Shown one piece after another: positions 53,150-64,000 of a stretch of 64,000 nt of DNA. Within the stretch, counting starts at the first letter, position 1. Each line of letters starts with the position of its first letter. The notes under the pieces were generated by a model, which ran no database searches, was not told where the DNA came from, and saw nothing but the letters and a program-made list of their open reading frames with translations. This stretch comes from Eledone cirrhosa (lineage: Eukaryota): contig OZ024766.1 in assembly GCA_964016885.1 (NCBI GenBank), forward strand, positions 620,001 to 684,000, written 5' to 3'. The position numbers and the translations under genes are program-made.

Positions 53150-54325
53150 CTAGGGCAGGTAAAATTCCTCGAGATCCATGGACGAGTTCTCTCCAGCGGT
53201 CTCTGTCCCTCATCATCGCTGCCATGTCCCGCGTCTCCAACGGACCAGTGTCTGTCCTTAGGGCATCAACATATGTCAACCTCGGTCTTCCTCTTCCAGT
53301 GTGTCCATGCAGGGGCTCCCACAGGAGCACTGAGTGCAGTGTCAACTCTGGATGTCGATGAGCATGTCCAGCTAACCCAGTGTGTCCATGCAGGGGCCCC
53401 CACAGGAGCACTGAGTGCCGTGTCAACTCTGAATGTCGGTGAGCATGTCCAGCTAACCTAGTGTGTCCATGTAGAGGCTCCCACAGGAGCACTGGGTGCA
53501 GTGTCAACTCTGGATGTCGGTGAGCATGTCTAGCTAACCCAGTGTGTCCATGTAGGGGCTCCCACAGAGAGCACTGAGTGCAGTGTCAACTCTGGATGTC
53601 GGTGAGCATGTCCAGCTAACCCAGTGTGTCCATGTAGGGGCTCCCACAGAGAGCACTGAGTGCAGTGTCAACTCTGGATGTCGGTGAGCATGTCCAGCTA
53701 ACCCAGTGTGTCCATGCAGGGGCTCCCACAGGAGCACTGAGTGCAGTGTCAACTCTGGATGTCGGTGAGCATGTCCAGCTAACCCAGTGTGTCCATGTAG
53801 GGGCTCCCACAGGAGCACTGAGTGCAGTGTCAACTCTGAATGTCGGTGAGCATGTCCAGCTAACCTAGTGTGTCCATGTAGAGGCTCCCACAGGAGCACT
53901 GGGTGCAGTGTCAACTCTGGATGTCGGTGAGCATGTCTAGCTAACCTAGTGTGTCCATGTAGGGGCTCCCACAGGTGCACTGAGTGCAGTGTCAGCTCTG
54001 GATGTCGGTGAACATGTCCAGCTAACCTAGTGTGTCCGTGTAGGGGCTCCCAAAGGAGTACTGAGTGCAGTGTCAACTCTGGATGTCGGTGAACATGTCC
54101 AGCTAACCTAGTGTGTCCATGTAGGGGCTCCCACAGGTGCACTGAGTGCAGTGTCAGCTCTGGATGTCGGTGAGCATGTCCAGCTAACCTCAGTCTCCTC
54201 TGTGTCACTTTGGAGCTGACTTTTGGGAGGCTCCCGTACAGCTCTGAGTCCTTCATCCTCAGTGTATACTGATTAATGTCCAGAGCCATCCTCAGCATTC
54301 TCGTGTAGCACCCAGCCACCATCTG
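53150..54325 (-). mobile_element. RTE-type LINE 3' fragment with a ~81-bp segment tandemly amplified about 11 times
   Basis: GCYTRMLRMAL...RRLRLAGH...LWEPLHG...GRGRPRLTYVD...MRDRDRWR, a typical RTE ORF C-terminus. Another 3' end lies at about 61013-61145 (+). Confidence 0.8.
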
Positions 54326-55717
54326 AGTGGAAGAAAACTGCTGTATTCAGACCTGGAGAGGAGGTGAGTTCCACCAGGTTTAAAGAACTGCTCTAGAAAT
54401 GCCACATGTGAATGCTATGTCCCTGTGACTTGCTCGCGAGTTACGGGACCATGTATGCAAATACAGTTAGAGTTAGCTCCCTTGTGGTTATCTCTCAGCC
54501 TGCTAGAAACAACAGCTAAATATTTCCCCCCCTCTCAGCACTCTTTCTCTTCTTTGTATAGCCCCCCCCCCCCCCCCGTGCCCGTACGTTTCAGTCCCTT
54601 GTTGTCAACTAAAAGGATCATGGTTTTTAGCTCCAACTCTTTTATATTCTCAGTTCAAATCCTGTGGTGGTCAACTTTGTTTTTCTGCCTTCCAGGGGCT
54701 GTTGACAGTTGCTGAAACATGAAACAAACTACCAGCATCAGTTGTTAGCTGCTGGGACACTGCATCCTTTAAAACCTTCATGAAACAAACTACCAGCATC
54801 AGTTGTTAGCTGCTGGGACACTGCATCCTTCAAAACTTCCATGCTTACTGAAATTCACCAACACTACACCTGATATTCCCCCTCCATACACACACACATA
54901 TGTATATCATACACTCTTCTCTTTCCTGACATTTGTACATTATTCTATGTCCTATACATGCACATTTGATGAGTTGTAGTGCACCCGAGCACTGTACACA
55001 ATAATTTTCATTATTATTATTACTAGCAGAAAAACCATCCTTCGGGTGGTTTTCTGCTCGGATGTGTAGTTTGTATCTTGATATTATATATATCAAGGAA
55101 CGATCGACTTTCGTCAAATCGGACCGAGGGAACAATGTTTCCGTTGGTCTTTCCAATTGCTAATACTATCTATCGGTCGCAACTACAGGTGGAAGGAGCA
55201 ACGTGAAATAAAGTGTCTTGCTCAAGGACATAATGCACCGCCTGGTCCAGGAATCGAACTCACAACCTTACGATTGCGAATCCAATTCTCTAACCACTCA
55301 ACCACACGCCTTCACCATTGATATTATACGCAAGTATATATATACATGTAGATATGATACATCAAATAAAATCGTAACTGACAATATATAATACACAGGA
55401 ATTGAATGAAGACTGTGTTACACTGTCTTATGTAATCAGTAACGTAATCCATGATACATTAAAAAAAGACGATATTATATATAAACTGCATTAGGAGAAA
55501 ATTAGTGACAGAAAATTAGTATGTTTATTTAAGTGATTGCCACCGGAAGTGTTGACATCACACACTCTCTCTTTCTATATATATGGTAGTTGAAGTGGTG
55601 GTGGTGGTGGTGGTGGTGGTGGCAACGGTATACCGGAAGTGCAACTTTGAAAAGAAGACAATTTTAAATTATTTATTTTTACGAAATTATTTTTACGAAA
55701 TTATTTTACTAAGGGGA

Positions 55718-56462
55718 TAAATTATGAAATTTAGTAGATAAATTATGAAATTTAGTAGATAAATTATGAAATTTAGTAGATAAATTATATAATTTAGTAG
55801 ATAAATTATGAAATTTAGTAGATAAATTATGAAATTTAGTAGATAAATTATGAAATTTAGTAGATAAATTATGAAATTTAGTAGATAAATTATGAAATTT
55901 AGTAGATAAATTATATAATTTAGTAGATAAATTATGAAATTTAGTAGATAAATTATGAAATTTAGTAGATAAATTATGAAATTTAGTAGATAAATTATAT
56001 AATTTAGTAGATAAATTATGAAATTTAGTAGATAAATTATGAAATTTAGTAGATAAATTATATAATTTAGTAGATAAATTATGAAATTTAGTAGATAAAT
56101 TATGAAATTTAGTAGATAAATTATATAATTTAGTAGATAAATTATGAAATTTAGTAGATAAATTATGAAATTTAGTAGATAAATTATATAATTTAGTAGA
56201 TAAATTATGAAATTTAGTAGATAAATTATGAAATTTAGTAGATAAATTATGAAATTTAGTAGATAAATTATATAATTTAGTAGATAAATTATGAAATTTA
56301 GTAGATAAATTATGAAATTTAGTAGATAAATTATGAAATTTAGTAGATAAATTATGAAATTTAGTAGATAAATTATATAATTTAGTAGATAAATTATGAA
56401 ATTTAGTAGATAAATTATGAAATTTAGTAGATAAATTATGAAATTTAGTAGATAAATTATGT
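55718..56462. repeat. 21-bp minisatellite (about 35 copies)
   Basis: Unit ataaattat(ga/at)aatttagtag. Confidence 0.95.
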
Positions 56463-57178
56463 AATATTCCTTCATTATTTATTACGGGGTCGATAAAATA
56501 AAGTTCCAGTAATGCACTGGGTAATTGCTGGCCTTGTGCCTAAAGTAGAAACAATTATTTATTCAAAGTAATCCAACTTATTTTACTAAGGGGATAAAAA
56601 AAAAAAAAACCTACTCAGTCCCACAGACCTTCCTTTATTATAGTTTAGATAATCGCTCAAACACTCAGCTACCAGTCTCATACTTTTGACCATCAGTCAA
56701 ACACATATTCTACCAACACACACAGTAACCTCTGAAATAAAATTAGTCCAACACACCTCAACTATTTCCATGCACTCACCACTAGACAAACACACACATT
56801 CACATTTTTTCACCTCCATGCTTGTCTCCCCTTTGATAACTCTTCTTTTTGATAACTTTTCTTTTCCAAGATGGCTGACTAACACCAGTATGCTTTCTCT
56901 CCCAAACATCCTCTCTTTTCTCTGTTTTCTATCTTCAGATGAAGGACTAACATCTGAAACGGTAAGACTCTTTTCCCAGCTATATCAAATGTCAAACCAA
57001 CATATTTATTTTTCTCCTGTGTTGTTTTTCATCATTGAGTCTATATATATATATGTGTATATATATATATATATATACAAGTGGAAGCTTAGTAAAATCG
57101 AAGCTTTGCGTGTGGCCAAGCTAACAACCTAGAATTAGGAATGAACAGCAAAGCACTCAATAAGGGTAGGTCCTTAGA

Positions 57179-58361
57179 CAGCTTGACAAATTGAAAATTG
57201 CGGCAGGCAGACCTAGAAACACAATACCAAAACAACGAAAGAACTAATCAGGTTAAAACAGACCTGGACAGATTGGACGATATTCTGCAATATGTCCGAT
57301 AGGTTTCTATGAACCCGAAATCATCCATCCAGCTTACGTAATATGTAAACCTGTGGTATTCCATGATCAAACAGAGGATTCACGTCATCAACAGGAAATT
57401 TCGTTCTATGCCTCAAGCCAGTGAGGAATGAAACGCTGAACTGGTACCTTGGCAGCCCTCAGTGTTTCACTGCCAGCCACGTGTTATTTCCAACAAGGAA
57501 AGTAACCTCCTGTTTTAGGCGGGCAAATTCAAAGTGTGAACAAAGAAAATCAATTCCGTTCCACATTCCGAATGAAAAGTTCTCGACTAGATGTCATTAA
57601 ACAAACATAAATAATTAACCAATTGATGGAATTGTGTCTAATTAAATTAATTAATTAATTATTAGTTCTAGAAGATAATAATTGTTTCTATTTTTCGCAC
57701 AAGGCCAGCAATTATCCCAGTGTATTACTGGTACTTTATTTTATCGACCCCCGTAATAATTGTTTCTGCTTTTGGCACAAGGCCAGCAATTACTCCAGTG
57801 TATTACTGGTACTTTATTTTATCGACCCTGTAATAATTGTTTCTACTTTGGGCGCAAGGCCAGCAATTACCCAGTGTATTACTGGTCCTTTATTTTATCG
57901 ACCCCATAATAATTGTTTCTACTTTTGGCACAAGGCCAGCAATTACCCCAGTGTATTACTGGTACTTTATTTTATCAACCCCGTAATAATTGTTTCTACT
58001 TTTGGCACAAGGCCAGCAATTACCCCAGTGTATTACTGGTACTTTATTTTATCAACCCCGTAATAATTGTTTCTACTTTTGGCACAAGGCCAGCAATTAC
58101 CCCAGTGTATTACTGGTACTTTATTTTATCGACCCCCGTAAGGATGAAAAGCAGGATTTGAACTGAGCGGGATTTGAACTGAGCGGGATTTGAACTCAGA
58201 TCATAAAGGGACCTAACTCTATGCTTCAAAGCATGGTGTCCGACTCTCTACCGATACTGCCAAAATACAAGTGGGTCAGTTGTCTAACCTGATTAGTTTT
58301 TTTCGTTGTTTAGGTATTGTGTGGCTAGGTTAACTGCCACAATTTTCAATTTGTCAAGCTG
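57179..58361. mobile_element. MITE-like element with about 85-bp imperfect inverted ends, interrupted by an amplified SINE
   Basis: cagcttgacaaattgaaaattg...actaatcaggtta versus taacctgattagt...caattttcaatttgtcaagctg. Confidence 0.55.
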
Positions 58362-58759
58362 TTGAAACCTATCATCATCATCATCATCATCATCATTTCA
58401 TTTTACGTCCGCTTTTTCCCTGCTTGCAAGGGTGGGACGGGAACTGATTCTGGCTTGATCTCTACAGCTGGATGCCCTTCCTAATACCAACCTCATTTAC
58501 AGTGAGTGCTGGGCGCTTTTTTGCCGTGGCACCTCCACGACCACTTTGCAGTGGAATGATAGGGACCCCAGTCCCTATCATCTCATTTCTACAGCTGAGT
58601 AAACTGGAGCAATGTGAAATAAAGTGTCTTGCTCAAGGAAACAACACATATATATAGAAATATGGAAAGGAAAAGGTTAAAGCTATTTTTATTTAAGTCT
58701 AACAATGAATCAGACTTTGGTGTATATAGAGAGAAGTCAGTGTTGATGTAGAAATCTGT

Positions 58760-59150
58760 GATGAAGGTTACCAGGCCCTGTCCTTGATGGTAGGTGGTGG
58801 TGGTGGTGAAGGTTACCAGGCCCTGTCCTTGATGGTAGGTGATGGTCGTCGTGAAGGTTACCAGGCCCTGTCCTTGATGGTAGGTGATGGTCGTCGTGAA
58901 GGTTACCAGGCCCTGTCCTTGATGGTAGATGGTGGTCGTGGTGAAGGTTACCAGGCCCAGTCCTTGATGGTAGGTGGTGGTCGTGGTGAAGGTTACCAGG
59001 CCCTGTCCTTGATGGTAGGTGATGGTGGTGGTGAAGGTTACCAGGCCCTGTCCTTGATGGTAGGTGGTGGTCGTGGTGAAGGTTACCAGGCCCTGTCCTT
59101 GATGGTAGGTGGTGGTCGTGGTGAAGGTTACCAGGCCCTGTCCTTGATGT
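58760..59150. repeat. 45-bp minisatellite (about 8.5 copies)
   Basis: Unit gtgaaggttaccaggccctgtccttgatggtaggtggtggtcgtg. Confidence 0.92.
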
Positions 59151-59864
59151 AGATCTTTAGATGTAGACTGTGTTGTTTGGAGAGACCAGTGGATTACGTG
59201 TATTCTCAAGCAATAACAGCTCTGAATGGTATTATTAACCTAAGAATACCCGTTGTCAACGCGGCTCTTTACATCTTGCTGCCTTCCTTTCTTGTGCTGG
59301 GGATCCTCTCTGGCTGCTCTGCCCCCCCGCCCTGCCATGCCCCCCCCCCCCCCCCCCCCCGAAACCCATCCTCCACCACCCCCGAACCCCCCCCCCCCCC
59401 CGAACCCCCCCCCCCCCCCTCCCCCCAGACCCCCCCCCCGAAACCCTTCCTCCACCAACCCCTGAAACCCATCCTCCACCACCCCCAGAAACCCATCCTC
59501 CACCGCACCCCAGAAACCCTTCCTCCACCAACCCCTGAAACCCATCCTCCACCCCCCCAGAAACCCATCCTCCACCACCCCTATTAGAGTATTCTAATTT
59601 TTTTAGGGGTTAACCTTTTAAAAATATAATTCCTGTATGCATAACTTTTAAATTCTAATTATTTGGGCCATGGGTGATGGGGTGGGGGGTATCCTAATTG
59701 TTTTTTGTATAAGAGCCCCCCCCCACCAAACCTAAAGTCCCTGGTCACCCCAAAATTCTAAATCTAACCCTGTCTGTGAGCACCTTATCCCTATAAAACT
59801 GCAGCGAGAAAGGCACACCGCCCTGGACCTACTTCCACCTATGTGATCTCACTGACTCTTAACC

Positions 59865-60985
59865 TGTTGACTGCCGTGTATATTTTACACAGCTACAGTT
59901 GCTGTGTTGACTGCTGTGTATATTTTACACAGCTACAGTTGCTGTGTTGACTGCCGTGTATATTTTACACAGCTACAGTTGCTGTGTTGACTGCTGTGTA
60001 TATTTTACACAGCTACAGTTGCTGTGTTGACTGCCGTGTATATTTTACACAGCTACAGTTGCTGTGTTGACTGCCGTGTATATTTTACACAGCTACAGTT
60101 GCTGTGTTGACTGCCGTGTATATTTTACACAGCTACAGTTGCTGTGTTGACTGCCGTGTATATTTTACACAGCTACAGTTGCTGTGTTGACTGCCGTGTA
60201 TATTTTACACAGCTACAGTTGCTGTGTTGACTGCCGTGTATATTTTACACAGCTACAGTTGCTGTGTTGACTGCCGTGTATATTTTACACAGCTACAGTT
60301 GCTGTGTTGACTGCCGTGTATATTTTACACAGCTACAGTTGCTGTGTTGACTGCCGTGTATATTTTACACAGCTACAGTTGCTGTGTTGACTGCCGTGTA
60401 TATTTTACACAGCTACAGTTGCTGTGTTGACTGCCGTGTATATTTTACACAGCTACAGTTGCTGTGTTGACTGCCGTGTATATTTTACACAGCTACAGTT
60501 GCTGTGTTGACTGCCGTGTATATTTTACACAGCTACAGTTGCTGTGTTGACTGCCGTGTATATTTTACACAGCTACAGTTGCTGTGTTGACTGCTGTGTA
60601 TATTTTACACAGCTACAGTTGCTGTGTTGACTGCCGTGTATATTTTACACGGCTACAGTTGCTGTGTTGACTGCCGTGTATATTTTACACGGCTACAGTT
60701 GCTGTGTTGACTGCCGTGTATATTTTACACAGCTACAGTTGCTGTGTTGACTGCCGTGTATATTTTACACAGCTACAGTTGCTGTGTTGACTGCCGTGTA
60801 TATTTTACACAGCTACAGTTGCTGTGTTGACTGCCGTGTATATTTTACACAGCTACAGTTGCTGTGTTGACTGCCGTGTATATTTTACACAGCTACAGTT
60901 GCTGTGTTGACTGCCGTGTATATTTTACACAGCTACAGTTGCTGTGTTGACTGCCGTGTATATTTTACACAGCTACAGTTGCTAT
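59865..60985. repeat. 40-bp highly homogeneous tandem array (about 28 copies)
   Basis: Unit ttgactgccgtgtatattttacacagctacagttgctgtg. Confidence 0.95.
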
Positions 60986-61258
60986 GCCGGTTTTTTGGGG
61001 GTTTTTTTTCAGGTTAACATATGTTGATGTCCTAAGGACAGACACTGGTCTGTTGGAGACGCACAACATGGCAGCGATAATGAGGGACAGAGACCGCTGG
61101 AGAGAATTCGTCCATGGATCTCGGGAATTTTACCCGCCGTAAGAGAAAGAGAGAGAGAGACGTCACATCAATAAACTAGTAACCCCATCTAACCTTGAAG
61201 TTATGAACTGTTGGAAACGAGTTCATAACTTTGAAGTTATGAACTGTTGGAAATGTGT

Positions 61259-61917
61259 TTAACCCTTTAGCATTTAAACTGGCCATATCCAGCCATAATT
61301 CGCTCACCTCTTTCTGTTCAAACCGGTTATAACCGGCCACTCATACCGATGTTAAGGTATTGTTCTCAAAATAAATAAAATCAAAATCTCAGATTCGATA
61401 TTATGTGAGATAATTATGTGAGGTAAAGCCTTTACTGTGAAAATACAATAGTATATATAGAGTAATGTAAATGTTATGTGAGATATTATGTGAGGTAAAG
61501 CCTTTACTGGGAAAATACAATAGTATATATAGAGTAATGTAAATGTTATGTGAGATATTATGTGAGGTAAAACCTTTACTGTGACAATACAATAGTATAT
61601 ATAGAGTAATGTAAATGTTATGTGAGATATTATGTGAGGTAAAGCCTTTACTGTGAAAATAGAATAGTATATATAGAGTAATGTAAATGTTATGTGAGAT
61701 ATTATGTGAGGTAAAGCCTTTACTGTGAAAATACAATAGTATATATAGAGTAATGTAAATGTTATGTGAGGTATTATGTGAGGTAAAGCCTTTACTGTGG
61801 AAATACAATAGTATATATAGAGTAATGTAAATGTTATGTGAGATATTATGTGAGGTAAAGCCTTTACTGTGAAAATACAATAGTATATATAGAAAAATGT
61901 AAATACTAAAGGGTTAA
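61259..61917. mobile_element. piggyBac-like MITE with an internal ~72-bp tandem repeat
   Basis: TTAA-CCCTTTAGCATTTA ... TAAATACTAAAGGG-TTAA (14-bp TIR with 1 mismatch, TTAA target site). A partial reverse copy lies at about 3840-3997. Confidence 0.75.
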
Positions 61918-63319
61918 ATATGTTAGGGTAAGTTAGTCTCGTCTATGGCACTGAAAAGATACAATACAACTCACCCCCATTTCGCCACTGTGCATATATC
62001 AGCAAAATGCCATTAAAAAAACATGCATTAGTAAGAAACTTATGAAGAATAGAATTCCGTCGTTGGGGGCAGCACTAAAATGTATTTACTCTCAAATCTC
62101 AAATAATACCCTCCCACCCACGCTTATTGATTTTTCAGATCTTTCCCATCACCCACTGCCCACCCTTATTAAATTTTACTAATCTATCTCTGATGAAATA
62201 TTATTTTAAGTAGCAGCATTCCTGCAACAATTTTCTTTACACATTAAAAAAACATTCTACATAATAAAAAGAAGTACATTACTAGAAATCCCATACGTTA
62301 TAAAATAAATAGGATGGGTTGGGGTCTCAAATTGTAAACTAAACGACTAATTCTGGTTTTTAAAGGAATCAACATAGACAACCTAGAAAGGTAACCGATT
62401 GCCCCACCCACCTCCTGCTTATTCCCCCCGCATCATCCCTTATTATTTGTGATCTGGGATTACGTTATAAAATATAAAATAAATAGGTTGGGTTGGGGTC
62501 TTAATATGTAAACTAAACGACTAATTCTGGTTTTTGAAAAAAAAAATCAATTCAACTGAGACAACCTAAGAAAGGTTACTGATTTGACCCCCCCCCCCCC
62601 AGTTATTCCAAACCCACCCTATTATTTCGGACCCGAGAGTATCTTCTTCCATGCTATGACATTTCCTGATTGGGAAGCTGGGTGATCCCCCATCATGGCT
62701 CTGTTGCTATGATGATAATGTTGTTGCTTCTAACTTGTTACTTTCTTCCTTCCTTGAAATGATGTTTATCCATTTCTGAATCTGTCTGTCTCTTTATATC
62801 ACATCTGCAATGAGAAAAACATAAATATAAATATATATGGAAAGTGGTCGTGTAGGTGACATGACAAAAAACACCCAGCCCTCACTGACATACATGAATA
62901 TTTATATATATATATATATATATGGCCGACCTTACCCAATTACACCTCTCAAAGGCGATGACACACGACCGTGACCTCTGGCGTCACGCAGTAATACAGA
63001 GTACTCGACCTCCCATGGGTACAACAAGCTGAAGCATATAGACAATATGCCCCCACACCCTCCCACTGTAAAGTGGACGTGGAGGCGCCACGGAAAAAAG
63101 CACCCAGCACTCACTGTAAATGAGGTTGGTGTTAGGAAGGGCATCCAGCTGTAGAAATCAAGCCAGAATCAGTTCCTGTATGAGCAAGGCATGGTCAGCC
63201 GACCAGACACTGCCCACAACAGGACAACCCATCTAACCCAAGCTAGCAGGGAAGAACGGACGTAAAACGGTGATGATGATGATATATATATATATATATA
63301 TCATCATGATCATCATCAT

Positions 63320-64000
63320 CATTTTACGTCTGCTTTTCCCTGCTTGCAAGGGTGGGACGGGTCCTATTCAGCACAGCATCTCTCCACTTGTCACGGTACT
63401 TCGTCATCTCCACCGTGAGCTTCAGCGATCTGAGGTCAGCTCTCACCACCTCTGTCCATATTTTTCGTGGTCTACCTCTACTGCGTCTTCCTTCGACTTG
63501 GATTTCCTGGCACTTCTTTACCCAGCAGTCATCCTCTATGCACATCACATGTCCATACCATCGCGGTCTTCTCTCCCGCACACTACAGCTTATCCCTCTT
63601 ATACCCAGTTTCTCTCTCAACACATCACATGTCCATACCATCGCGGTCTTCTCTCCCACACACTACAGCTTATCCCTCTTATACCCAGTTTCTCTCTCAA
63701 CACATCACATGTCCATACCATCGCGGTCTTCTCTCCCACACACTACAGCTTATCCCTCTTATACCCAGTTTCTCTCTCAACACATCACATGTCCATACCA
63801 CCTCAGTCTTCTCTCCCACACACTACAGCTTATCCCTCTTATACCCAGTTTCTCTCTCAACTCGTACATGGTTGGTCGTTCACGCACATTTACACTGCAC
63901 ATCCAACGGAGCATGCTTGCTTCATTTCTCTCCAGCCGTCGCATATCCTCTGCAGTTGCTGCCCATGTCTCATTACCATGCAGCATCGCACATCTCACAC
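63320..64000 (-). mobile_element. RTE-type LINE 3' end with an ~80-bp internal tandem duplication; runs off the window
   Basis: MLHGNETWA...RLERNEASMLRWMC...RRLRWYGHV...GRRSRGRPRKIW...DKWR. Confidence 0.85.

Overview
Repeat-saturated eukaryotic DNA dominated by (TA)n, (CA)n and (CAC)n microsatellites, minisatellites, tRNA-derived SINEs, RTE- and L1/Tx1-type LINE remnants and Penelope-like inverted repeats. The repeat style resembles an octopod cephalopod genome (inference only). Two spliced + strand genes can be rebuilt by hand. (1) A four-repeat annexin: 8 coding exons at 3134-16653, about 313 aa, start exon not found. One of its introns holds about 34 tandem copies of the next exon's own 3' splice site. 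(2) A selenoprotein P-like gene that the ORF track fragments: exons 41006-41295, 42736-42936 and 44094-46692, about 1029 codons. It has six in-frame TGA codons, a UxxC redox motif, a 16-copy His-rich repeat and a type II SECIS-like hairpin at about 47390-47455. Several minimal hammerhead ribozyme motifs lie in the repeats. Almost all other listed ORFs are microsatellite artefacts.
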